Under the pieces are notes generated by a model that was not told the origin of the DNA, ran no database searches, and saw only the letters and a program-made list of their open reading frames with translations. A DNA stretch of 64,000 nt, from positions 496,001 through 560,000 of the forward strand of contig CDRNST010000122.1 of assembly GCA_977016875.1 (NCBI GenBank), read 5' to 3'. The DNA is from Pavona decussata (lineage: Eukaryota). How positions within the stretch are numbered: the first letter of the stretch is position 1; each line of letters opens with the position of its first letter. Shown here piece by piece: positions 45,952 to 57,901 of this stretch. The position numbers and the translations under genes were made by a program.

Positions 45952-46435
45952 AAAGTGGTTTTGTATTGCATGTTTGCATTTGTGAACGGAAATGTCTGGT
46001 TCAAACTGGAGACTTGCGGCTATAAATTGCCATTCCATGTTTCAGTTGTACACTTGTGCCCTGTTCACATAACCCAGACTACTACATAAAACAGAAATGT
46101 AGAATAACTTGCAACCTACCAAATATGAACATTACAGGCCGCCTAAAATCTCCTTTCTCGTACGTTTGGTCCACGGACGCCTCTTGCATCCCTACTCGGA
46201 AAACTGGGGTAGATAATCGGAGCGGTGGGGGGGGCACTTTTGGAAGTCTGTTGTCGGAGAGGAACAATCCGGGATTGTGGTATGGACGAAAGCAATCAGT
46301 GGTCGGAGCGTAACACTTAAGAGACGTCACATGTATTTCTGCCCCAGGTTGTGAATGAATGGTGTAGAAATTCAAGTCTCCATTCAAACAAATCTGTATA
46401 TGTTTTCAGGGGTTTGATCCGGATAACTAAAACTG

Positions 46436-46549
46436 TAGTCTGAAATGTCAGCCGTCTCCTCCCCTAACCCACAGGGGGCGCGGGAGAGAGTCTCTCTCTC
46501 CCGCGCCCCCTGCGGGTTAGAGGGAGGAGACGGCTTACATTTCAGACTA
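46436..46549. mobile_element. 114-bp GC-rich hairpin MITE with TAG...CTA ends and a 9-bp TSD
   Basis: Near-perfect palindrome with CTAAAACTG on both sides (46427-46435, 46550-46558). Confidence 0.85.
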
Positions 46550-47211
46550 CTAAAACTGCATCAAAAATTGAGGCAAAGGAAAGAAAGTTAAAAATGATGT
46601 AAGAAGTAGAACGAAGAGAGCATAAGGGAACTGGTCCAAACAAGTTTGTTCGAAGAGGACCCACCTTGTCTGGGTAGAGGGCTTACCGAAGACCACCTAT
46701 TTTGTGAACATTGCCAACAAAATTTTATTGGCTTTAAAATTTAAGATTGCTAGATAGACGATCTAGATAAAAGAAGTTAGGTTTGAATCTTTGTCAGAGA
46801 TAGAGATGGATAGAGGGATGGCTATGCAATAAATACACCATCTTTTGAGGTTGAGGAGGGGGTGTAGGGCGGGGGAAAGGGTAAAGGCCGAGACCACCAT
46901 CGTTTTTTGTCCTGTTCGAGTACAGTAGTTTTGACGACTTCTCTAAAGAGTTTTTCTTGCACATGTTTCTTCCGGATGACTGAAATTTGAGCGTTTCGCC
47001 GTTTTGATGGTTCACTGTTGTTGTTGTTGTTGTTTTGTTTTGTTTTCTTTCATTCCAGAGCGTAGTGTTCAGGTTACTCTTGCAAGAGGGTTCCATGAAA
47101 ACACTATTAAGCGCCCACCCCTCGCCCCTGTTCTCTAGCTAATATAATTAGTTTACCCGTTTATGTGGGCAATTTTAATTGGCTCACATTATTGCAAAGG
47201 GTCGACGGAGG

Positions 47212-47290
47212 TAGCCTCCTTCGCAGACGCTCTTTTGGCTCGTCACGCAATCTTTCCTCCCCATTGCGTGACGAGCGAAAAGAGAGGCTA
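47212..47290. mobile_element. 79-bp hairpin MITE with TAGCC...GGCTA ends and a 9-bp TSD
   Basis: CGACGGAGG on both sides (47203-47211, 47291-47299). The left end TAGCCTCC..CGCAGACG is shared with 3558-3632. Confidence 0.8.
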
Positions 47291-47544
47291 CGACGGAGGG
47301 GGTACTCCTCGGAATTTTTGGTGGATTGGGCGGCACGGTTTTCCAAAACCTGACCCTATTTCAGACCAAAATATGTAATTTCTCCACTCTCATCCACAGA
47401 GGCCTCTTTCGCGCTCGAGCTAAGACACACAATATGAGATGAGGAGTGTAGTGGTAGGGCGGACTCGACTGGAGAGAGGCTATCTGAGCCTCGATTTGGT
47501 TTTACCCGCGCGAAGCCTGTTTCTAGGATCATCTGCGCGCGCTT

Positions 47545-47553
47545 GCCACGTCA
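47545..47553 (-). promoter_or_regulatory. UPRE-like element (TGACGTGGC) upstream of the CREB3 gene
   Basis: GCCACGTCA on the + strand ~150 bp before ATG 47704, with a GC box GGGCGG at ~47457. Confidence 0.55.
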
Positions 47554-47703
47554 CCATTTCCAACATGTCCGGATTCCAAACATGACGTTTGGTGCTAAAA
47601 TTAGAATTTTCTAGTTGACAACAACCGAAATACAGTTTCGTTCCACGTATAAACTGTGTGTGTTGGCAGAGGTTTGGTCATTTGATATTCATTGTTTGAC
47701 AAA

Positions 47704-50700
47704 ATGGTGGTAAATGCGTCGCCTTCCACGGTCTCCTTGGATCATCTGTACGCCAAGAAAGTTGATTTACTCGAAGATGAGTTGTTTTCGAGCTCTGCGG
47801 ATTTCTTAAACACATGGAGCCAGGTGAGAGGGAGAAAACTTGGCACATATCCATCCGATTCGATTCGTCTTCAAGAGTGCTTATATACAGTTTGTAAATT
47901 CCTCTGACGTTTAACAACCAAAAAATTAAACAAGTTACCATTAAGGTTAAGCCCTATATTAAATATTAAGCCTAGTACATGAAGTAAGAACTTTACCATT
48001 TAGCAATGGCCAGCCACACTCAACTGCCAACTGAGGCCGCCATTACAGCCCATAAAATTACATTTTGAAATGTGGACGTGTATTCCAATGCTGTAGCGAT
48101 CTAGCGTTTCACACAGTGTTAGTTTCTGTCGTGGACTGATCGACGTTTTGCCAGTTTGAAGTTTCGTTTTCTTGGTAGCTTAGCATTATAATGAATATCA
48201 TCTCTTCAATGTGAAAGGATCTGTCATGCAATAATTCCTTTACATGGTAAATTGACTGTAGAACTTCAATGTTTGCACAGTTTTGCAGAAGTTGACCTTC
48301 CCAACCTAATCAGACAGTCAGATGTGTCCAGCACATAATGTGTTGAAATTATATAAATGTCCATTGATTGATTATCTTTATGCACCCCTTTCATAACTGG
48401 CCTCAGCTGTTCAAAGAGCGGATAACTCTATCCAATGGATAAGTCACTGACCAGTGGATAAAATGAACTCCAACTAATACGTTTTATCAGCTAGATAGCG
48501 ACTTATCCTCTGGATAAAGTTATCCGCTCTTTGAACAACCAGCACTTGGATGGAAGTTATCACTTAGTACTATTGTCGTATGGTTCGATGTCCATTGCCT
48601 GATCTTATTGACCAGGAAAAACAATGAGAAACAAGTAACAATTTCATGTGATCTTTCTGATCTATTCACAGTATAATAAATGTTAATCCAGTTTAAACTT
48701 CTCTGTGAGCTCTGATGGTGTTCCAGGTGTGAGGGGGAGTCATTGAATCCTTAGCTTGTCCTATATCTGTTCATTTCCGCTAATATTTTAACCTTAAATA
48801 TAATAATGATTATTGTTCTTACTCACAGGATAACCTTGGCAACAGTGATGATGATGACATTCTCAATCTCTTGTTTGGACAAGACTTTACAGACTTTGGT
48901 GATTTTTCTTCACCGCGCAGTGAGAGCACATCATCCGATTCAGACATGACTCCTAGCCCTGGCACGGTGGATGATGTAGAGCTGAGTGAAATACTTAGCT
49001 CAACATCAGCATCACCTGGCCTTGTGCAAACCAGTGAGGACTTCACCATTGATCTTGGTAGGTATTTTGAGCTTGTTTGGTTTCGACAGCAGTGAAGCCA
49101 CAATGCCTCTTGTTTAGAAGTATTTCTACCAAGGTGGTTGCCCTGCAGTTTTAGGAATAACACATTGATAGTTCATGCATGTTCTATAAAGAATGGTACA
49201 TGTATATGAAGGGATTCATTGTGTGACCAACACATTTTCATCAAAAAATCTAGTCCTTGTGACCAGTTCTGTCATGTAAACACCACAAGCAACTTGTTCT
49301 AGGGACGTGTAGAGTCCTATCCCTTGTCCACTCATGTGTGCTGGCCTTTAAGGGCATTTGCTCAGACCCAAAATGTGGTTAAATAAGTTGTTTTTTTACA
49401 GACAACCTGTGTGCAGTGAGAACAGCTGTTACCAATATATTACTATGTACATGTACGCGTAGTCTATGAATAAAATATTAATAATCTAAAACAAATAATT
49501 GTTTGTCGATTCATGTGTACAGGTTGGAACATGGATTTTGATTTACCTGACTTGGAAGAAAGCAAGGATGATTCAGAGTTAACGAGTGTCACTGCCAGTC
49601 TGCCAACATCAGTATCATCATCAACAGTAACAATCCACAATCAGTCCAGTACAGCACCAGTGCGTCCAACTGTCTCTCGTGCTAACAAAGTATGTTGATG
49701 TAGGAGGAACTTTGTGTGCATCTAGTTATCTAAAGCCTCATTAGCACATGCCAATTAATTGAGCCAATTTCGCCCAATTATACAAAGAAAGCAAATAAGT
49801 GGATGAAAATCAGTCTGATTTTTAAAAACCTGTGGTAGTGCTACAGATTTTTTTCAATCAGGTAGATTTTCACCCCACATTACAGAACAGAAAATTAAAG
49901 AAATTGACTGACAAATTGAACTTACTACATGTGTTTGGTCCAATAAATTGGGTTATTATAAGCAGCCCTAACTGACATCAAGTCTTCATTTAAGTTGTCC
50001 GTAGCTGGCATTAATACCAAGTGCATGGAATAAGAAAGTTGTGGAACCGGCCATGTTAATGGGCTTTAGATGCAGAACTGCTCTGTGAGTTGACTGTATG
50101 AAATGTAATATTATTTTTATGTTATTTCAGTCAAAGGTTTTGGTTCTTTCAAGTGAGGAACAGAGATTATTGGAATTAGAAGGTGTTTCTCTACCAACAG
50201 ACATGCCACTCACCAAGGTAAAATAGTAGAGACTTGTCTTTTTGTTTATATTTAATATATCAGCAGATTCTTTCATTTATATAGTAAGAAAAAAAAATGT
50301 GTAAAAGAGTTGAAAAAGATTCTTATTTGGAAAATCAGTTAAAATACATGTACCTGAAAAAGAGAGGATAAGATTTCTATTTTAGCTTGTTGTGTTGTCT
50401 TCAGCCTGTACATGTATAATATATCTGTTTTGAAGTGTGTTTTTGTATTCTAACTTTTAAGGCTGAAGAAAAAATTTTGAAGAAAGTCAGAAGAAAAATT
50501 AAGAACAAGGTGGGTGTGATCTCCATTGCTATGTTAATGCTGTTATAGAAATACACATTAAAACCTGAAGTTTGAATTTGATTTGTCTGTTTAGCAATCA
50601 GCACAAGAGAGTAGAAGAAAGAAAAAGGATTATGTGGAAGGATTAGAAGAAAGGTCTGTGGAATGAGTTTCCGATTTACGTTAATATTAACAAAATAATT

Positions 50701-52208
50701 TATGGACTTAATCAAAGTAGCCTTCCCTTCAAGAGCACAAATTTTCCTATGAATTTCCTTGGATTTTCCAATTTAATTTAAGTACGGTACTAATTATAAA
50801 TTTATTATTGTTTTTGCTTGATTTCATTATTAGAGTGAAAGCATGTACAGAACTTAATCACAACTTAAGCAAGAAAGTGGTTAGTCTGGAAAAGCAAAAC
50901 AAGTGAGTTGAACAGTGTAGTATTTGGCATTATTACATTGCATGTAGCTATTAAATTATGCCTTCATGCAGGTTGTCAGTAATTATAATTAAGCTTGATT
51001 ATTGCATTTTAATTGAACATATATTGCTGACATGAAATCGCCATCCATTTTTTGTGGATAGTTTTTGTAGTCAAGGGCTTTTATATGGTACAGTAATTTC
51101 TTTTTTGTCTTTCGAGACTCTTTTTTATTATATAATAATTGTAGTCTTGCTGGAATGTGTAAACTAAATTGCTATGAGAAATACTGTATTAACCATTTGA
51201 ATTCCTGAAAATAATGCCATTCTGGTAAAATGTTTGTGACTTCTGCACAATGTTATAACACATTTAAACTTGTCACAAGACTGACAGTACATTTAAATGT
51301 GCCTCCAGGTCCCTTCTTGACCAGCTAAAAGACCTTCAAGCACTTGTAGCATCCACCCATCCAACTAAGGCTCAAACAGGCACATGTTTGATGGTACTCT
51401 TCCTGGCTTTTGGTTTGGTTCTCTTCCCCATTAACAACAACTTTGTAGAACAGAAGAACTCTGCGGCAACTTATGCTCCAGCTATAGGTAAGTTGTAACT
51501 TGTTCTCAACTACTGGTAATTACTATAATATAATTATAGTAACTACATGTGGTAACTGTACTTTGTGGGTTGGTGGTTTAAATATTAGGTGGTTGCAGCT
51601 GTATTTTTCCACCCAATTGTATAAATGGGAATGAAGTTAACCTTTAGGAAAAGCTGTTTACATCATTCATTAATTTTAAGGGTCAAAGTAAACTTTTGTT
51701 AATATCATAATAAAAATAATGATTAAATGATTACTATTTCGTACCCAGCAGTGGACTATCTAGCTTCCCATCTTGGGGAAACTGGTTAATACATTTCAAG
51801 AATTGCTGAAAAGGCAATCGGTCATTTTACATTGCTGGTGATGAACGTCTTACAAAACCTGAGTTAACTGAATAAACAGCATTGTTTGTGTGAGAATTAC
51901 CAGCTGAGGAAAATGCTTGCCTGATTAGGTACCCAATTTACTGTAGTTTCTAAAATTCTTATTATTATATGTTTGTTGTTTGTGCAGTTCGATCACGCAC
52001 ACTTCTTCAAGTACAAGATGATTATGCAGCTGACCCAGAGCCCGATGTTCCTGAAGGAATGCAGTTTACTCTGAACAATTCAGATTATCTCAAGGCAGCT
52101 GCTCCAGCTTTAACATCGCAGAGTACTGTGTCACATGAAGTTACAGTTGAAGTTGCCGAGATTGAAAGAAGAGGTCATGAACATAAAATGAAAACTGAAA
52201 AGCGGTAA
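47704..52208 (+). CDS. CREB3: CREB3-family ER membrane-bound bZIP transcription factor (Luman/CREB3L3/CREB3L4-like), 9 exons
   Basis: Exons 47704-47823, 48829-49057, 49523-49689, 50131-50217, 50462-50509, 50595-50653, 50834-50902, 51309-51487 and 51988-52208. ATB region [60 protein letters not shown], then a leucine zipper, TM segment QTGTCLMVLFLAFGLVLFP and luminal S1P site RSRTLL. Confidence 0.93.
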
Positions 52209-54543
52209 CTTATTGAACTAATGCAGAACCGGAACTTTGTAAATAACCATGTTGTTAAGTTGAATTTCTTGTCTCCAATGTGAGCAACAAACATGTTATA
52301 TTGGGGGGCTAAGTTGCTTCACATGATTTTTTTTTCTTTTGTACAAACCAGTATAGAGCTTCAAAAGCTATCTGAAAGTGTGTCATAGATGTCATAGAAA
52401 TTCCTTAAAAACTCTTCTTCTTCTTCTTCTTCTTGTTCTTGTTCTCCGTCTTCTTGTCCTCCTCCTCCTCCTTCTTCGTCTTCTTCTTCTTCCCCTTCTT
52501 TTCTGTTGCTTTTTCCCTCTTAATTCTTTTGTTTTCGTTTCTTTCTTGTTTTCATGCATTTGCCTCATTGAGGAGGAGACATGGAAATTGTAGAAATTTT
52601 AATTCAATTTTTTTATAGAATAATAAACAAATAAAACTATGTAAAAAATATACTGAAAACTGTCAGTGGACTAAATGATTCTCTCGTGTTTGTGAAATAC
52701 TTGAATTAGTTTACATTTGTGATTTGTGGATTTGTACATTTGATCAACAAAGTTACAATGTAAACTTGCATCAGGAGGTAGAACAAATTTAAAAGAAACG
52801 CTTTTGTAAATATGCAGATACTGTTCTATAATTTCACACATTTGTTACAAAGAAACCACCTTTCTAGTTGGGTTGGTTTGTGAAAAAAATTAAAAAAAAA
52901 AAAAAAAAAAGGTGAGCTTGTTAATTGTTAAAAAAATCTAAACAAACAAACAAAGAAACAAACACATTAAAAATAATAAAGGGTGAAAAGCTTTGTTAAT
53001 CAAGTCCAAAATTATTGAACTCCTTAGCTTTTAGGTGCAGTGAAAGCCCCTTCACATCAGGTTAAGAGTCTCTTGGATGAGGTATAACTTACAAGCATAA
53101 TGTTAAAACATTGACGACACAAAAATACAATTGTAGAGCATTAAGAATAAACCAGATCAAATTCTTTTCAAAATCACACCATTTCTCGCGAAAGGGACTC
53201 AAAACTACACCCTTACCTACATGACTAATAAAAGGCAGTACCGCCACTGCCGCCACATTACTTATTTGTTACCTAATTCTAATGAGCTCCAGATACCAAT
53301 TCTTGCAACTGACTACTAACACGCCATTTGGTTTGGAGGAGTTTGTGTTATCCCAAGTCCTTTTTCAAAGGAATTTGTAGGCTGCTGTCACATATTAACT
53401 TCTAATATCAAAGAACAAATTTTCCTTTCTTGTTCTCATACTTGTCTTATAAATGTACTGGGGAGAAGTTATTAAACATTGAGAAAATTCATCTTGCGTG
53501 ATCATATCCTTAATTCTCATGACCTCAGAGGTAGAATAAGCATTGATATTACAAGGAGAAATTTGATGCTGATCACATGCAACAATAGTTTAGATATGAA
53601 AACTTGACATTAGTCTCACCTGACTGTGGAAGTTAATTTTGGATAAATTGCATCGATTTGTTGAACATACTTAGTTTTGTAGTAGTTGGTTTAGCTATGC
53701 CTTGTTACCTGGGTGAAAAATAGGGAAATGCATTTTAATAGCTATAAGGCTATGAATGTTTTTAAACACGTCACAAGAGCATCCCCTCCAGGGAGGGGAG
53801 CTCTGAATACTCCATTTAGTGGGATTGACCTCCGTGGAGGGAAAGGGTACTCCAAGTGGGAGGTCACCGTCGTAGTATGCAGAAAGTGACCGAGAATTTT
53901 AAAAATTTTAGTATTTAAAAGGGTAAAAAAGAAATAGGCTGTGAGCCAAAAGGATAGGAATTAAATCCAAGTATAACAAAGGGCATGGCCAGCCAAAAAC
54001 TAACCAAAGATTTTAATAAGTTTGCCACCTGCCAAAAATAAGGGTGTGGGGTAGCTTTGGGTAGCTTTGTGTGAAAGGGGTGCCATTTCGGTAAAAACTG
54101 GTGTGTGAAAGGAGGTTGAAAATCGGAGCCAAGTATTCCCGTATGAAGTTACATTGAGTAGGGAGGAGAGGGAAAAGCTGCTTTTTTTCTTCTCTGACTT
54201 TTTGCCTTACGAATTGGTTTCTAAAGCAAACCGATTGAAACTGACCCTTCAACGATCAACGAACTTCAGTGGGACGTCCTGAAGTTCTCGAATTAGCTGA
54301 GAAAACCGAGGGAACGGGAACAATTACCCTTGCCCAGAAAACAATAGTGTTTTGTGATAACCGGGTCCAATGCAATGAGGAGGCTCCAAAGAGCTTCGTG
54401 ACACAGACGGACGTTTGTCACGCAATCCATGACAGGAAGTGAAAGCAACAGGAAACTCGTGTAAGGAATCATGCTAATACGCATTTCTTTAATTAGCGTA
54501 CGAGGTAATCTTGCAATAATTTTCAACAAGAAACACGTTTACC

Positions 54544-54552
54544 AATAAATAA
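54544..54552 (-). promoter_or_regulatory. AU-rich element nonamer (UUAUUUAUU) in the BH3-only 3'UTR
   Basis: AATAAATAA on the + strand. A candidate ATTAAA poly(A) signal lies on the minus strand at 54488-54493. Confidence 0.45.
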
Positions 54553-54836
54553 ATTTCAGTAATGGAAAAAATATAAAATTGTCCTCTCGTTTTACAGTGT
54601 GTACTGAGAATCGGGAAATAGCACTAAGCGTCTTTTTACACGCACGTTCTAGACACGGCCGATTGGAGCTATTAAACTCACAGATAATCAACGGCTTAGC
54701 CTAACACTAACAGCGTTGGATGTTCCACGGTCTTGTAAGCCCTCAAGGCGCCCATATTAGCCCCATAACTTTCTCTAAGTTTTCTTTTTTCAATAGCAAA
54801 GCTTCTTCAATTCACAGGACATTCTCTTATCCATTA

Positions 54837-55106
54837 CTACGTTGCCGATTGTCCCGCCGATTGTAAACTCAGCGTGCTGTTATAAAGGTCATCCCCAATC
54901 GCTCTCAAGGTGCAGCCAATTTCTTTGGATGTTCTTGCCTCAGGGGTCTGCCCTTCTCCTGCACGTGTGGGTCTCAAATAGGTGTCATTGTGAGTGCCTC
55001 TCGTCTCTTCCCGAGAAGAACGACTCCGTCTTCTTCGGAAGCTAAATGATCTTCGTCGAGGTTGACTGGGCTGGCTGGGAGTTCTTTTAAAGAGCTTAAA
55101 GCCCAT
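54837..55106 (-). CDS. Small (89 aa) BH3-only pro-apoptotic protein candidate, BAD-like in architecture
   Basis: MGFKLFKRTPSQPSQPRRRSFSFRRRRSRSSREETRG...ARTSKEIGCTLRAIGDDLYNSTLSLQSAGQSAT*. It has a canonical BH3 pattern I-G-x-x-L-R-x-I-G-D-D-L. An acceptor TCTCGCAG|G (exon starts at 55111) precedes the ATG, and an upstream non-coding exon ends at 55506 (CAG|GTTAG). Confidence 0.75.
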   Translation of the reverse strand: MGFKLFKRTPSQPSQPRRRSFSFRRRRSRSSREETRGTHNDTYLRPTRAGEGQTPEARTSKEIGCTLRAIGDDLYNSTLSLQSAGQSAT

Positions 55107-55625
55107 AAAGCCTGCGAGATAAAATGAAAAGGAGTAAGTCAAGTTAACGTTGGTGAATATCCTAAAATAACGACTTGTTAATCGTAAAAAAAATGACATC
55201 TTCTGGAGACGTGACACAGATGAAATGGATATTTTTTTAGAATGCAAAAACCATCATATAGACCACAAAGCGCCCAACAACAAAATGATTTTGAACATGC
55301 ACTTGTTTCTCAAAAGGTGTAACTGGAGCAGATAATATTTCTGGTGATTCTGTTCAGTGCAAGGGTGACCGAAATATGATAAGAAATTCAATATCCGTGT
55401 TCTTTGGAAACACTTGAGAATGAAAATGCACGTATGGTAATTTCAGCGGATAAGACAACATGTGCGTGACAGAACTAGGGCAACCTTAACCAAATTGGCA
55501 CTAACCTGAGAAACGGCTTCTCACTTCAGAAGGCTTCAGTTTGCTTCGATCGATGGTTAAATCTCTGTCTTCTTTTGGTTGTTGCTCGTGTGGTGAAATG
55601 ACTATATATTCGATAAGTTGCGCTC

Positions 55626-55748
55626 TTATATATATCGTGTTTCTAATATTTCAAAACGGGAAGTCTCAAGTCATCTTCTGTGACGCACGTCCCAGCCCAA
55701 GGGAAACCCCTGTGACGTCAATACGGAAATAACGCTATCTGATTGGTT
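55626..55748 (-). promoter_or_regulatory. Core promoter of the BH3-only gene: TATA box, two kB-like sites, CRE, ETS and CCAAT
   Basis: TATATAAG (minus strand) ~55626-55635; GGGAAGTCTC 55658-55667; TGACGCA 55681-55687; GGGAAACCCC 55701-55710; TGACGTCA 55713-55720; CGGAAAT 55724-55730; ATTGG ~55742. Confidence 0.65.
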
Positions 55749-56224
55749 GCTAGAGATTTACAATGATCATACGGTAGGCACTTGATGGGCACTTGGCAAA
55801 TTGGTCTATCATTTTTAAATTAAACTACCAAAAAGTAAACCTTGAACTTCAGGAAGTTAAATTTTTCTTGGAAAAAACGTGACGTGACCAAAAACAATAG
55901 AAAACAACGCTATAAAAAAGCATATTTGTCGCGTACCTGTCGCTTTATTGAACATTCTAGACAGAAGTTTGCTAGCACTCGATAGCACATGATTTCACAA
56001 ATAATTTCTGACCGAAGTGAGCCTAAATTGGGATAGTGTGTCAACTGTAAAGAATGTTTTATCTAAAACAGTAGAAAAAACATTTAAAAAAAGGCATATT
56101 AAAACGTGTCTCGTATCTGTCGCATAATTGAACATTCCGCATCACGTTTATTCCTTTCTAGAGAGGTATTACACAAGTATGCTGGTACATGATTTGACAA
56201 AAAAATCCCGTGACCGAAATAAGC

Positions 56225-56370
56225 CTAAATTGGGAGAGCATTGCTGAGTCCTCACGATCATGAACGAGAACTAAAAATTTTCCCCTAAAACGAAAACTAA
56301 ATTGGGAGAGCATTGCTGAGTCCTCACGATCATGAACGAGAACTAAAAATTTTCCCCTAAAACGAAAACT
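56225..56370. repeat. Perfect 72-bp tandem duplication
   Basis: CTAAATTGGGAGAGCATTGCTGAGTCCTCACGATCATGAACGAG... occurs twice. It follows an older diverged duplication (~55895-56040 vs ~56070-56235). Confidence 0.85.
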
Positions 56371-57901
56371 GGCAACTGAGTCAGCCAAACTTTTTTCCAG
56401 GAAAAGAACAAAAAAAAAAAAAAAGAAAAAAAAATAGAAACTGGTTTCGATTTAGTGGCCTTTGTATGGGGAAAGTCAGTTCGAACTATTCATCAAGAAG
56501 GTCAAGGTTCGGTTCCGGACGACTAAATACCGACTGTGAAAATTTGCAAACGATTGTTATCGAGTAGTATTGTTTCTGCGGTGCTGTTTATTACGCTGTG
56601 AATAACTGATTCAAACGAAAGTTATCGACAGTACTTCTGCTGTGGTGTCTATTTTACTGAGCAAGGCTGTCTTTCTCAAGTTTCTGTAGACCAGGTCCCC
56701 AAGAGTGGGTCGGATTGATGTAAAAACTCAGTACTGAGCGTATTATGATCTTTATTGTTATGCTGATTTGTTGCCAACTCAATTTTTGCAAAGGGGAAAT
56801 TTTAGAAAAAAAATTCTAGTCGTGGTCTCAGGAGTTATGAGGAGTGAGACGAAACAAGCGGAACTATCTAACTTTGTTTTGTTTTTTTTTTTTTTCCGGC
56901 ATGCATCTTCTCAGTATCAAACGCGAGAACTGAAGACGTAGTTATTTATTTATTTATTTATTTTTTTTAGTTTTTAAAAAATTGTAGTTAGACACGTGCA
57001 CGTGTAAGATACGTGCTGGCTTGAGCGCTCGTCAAACAAGTGTAACGAGGGTTCAAATGACGTCACTATTCAGTGTTTAGTACCTCTTAAATGAGACAGG
57101 AAAAGCTGTCATCGAACATGCAAATTCGCATTCTCTCTTTGATTTTGAACCATAACTCGGCTCCTCAACTCTCAGTAAGAACTGGATCCTGTTCACATTC
57201 GACGAGAGTGAAACTTGTTCTTGGGATTAAAAGAACCCTGAGTACGCTACCGACGGATCCGAACACAACAGAGAGTGATCAGGAGTTGCTTAGGGGTCAG
57301 TGGCCTCGGTTGGAGTTTCCAACTCTCTTTTATCGTGGGAATATATACTCTCTCAGCCGTGACTAATCACCCTACAGACGAATAATCCACCACGTTCATT
57401 TCCTTTTCCTTTGTTCAGCAGTTGAGGAGCACAGAAGAATAACGCCAACCCCCCGCCAACCACAATATGGCCGATTTTTGATAACCTGCCCAGTCCCCTT
57501 CCATTCACCCTCCACTTTCCTCAGCAAGTAACAAACGCCTGATCGAGGCTCTGTTCGCAACTTAGATTTTAGAAAGTACTCTGATACGTGTTCCTTCACG
57601 AAAACACCGCATTCGTCCGATTCAGCACCAGCACCAATTGAAGAAACGAGTATTTATGTTTGAAAAATTTATTTTTTCGATGAATTGAGTATTGCCCTTT
57701 TTACCCCATCTGGGATACTGTCTTTGTATTGAGTATTAATCAGAGCCGATGGTGAAGGTTTTTTGAAAGATTGTCCCACTGTATCCTATCGAGGAGGAAA
57801 CTCGCATTAGTGTCATAACTGGATCAGTTCTTCTTCTTATTCCGTTCTTCTTCAGTCTTCTTTTTTCATCTGTCCAATAGGGTCGTCAAAGAACGAGCAA
57901 A

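Noticed and set aside
52378-52618. Leu/Phe-rich hydrophobic ORFs
   Set aside because: Derived from a (CTT)n microsatellite in the CREB3 3'UTR.
57091-57660. Short ORFs between the apoptotic genes (57091-57366 +; 57396-57599 -, with a GVCYLL...WKGTGQVI segment faintly protease-like)
   Set aside because: No BH motif, splice structure or sustained frame. At most a decayed fragment, which cannot be supported without a profile search.
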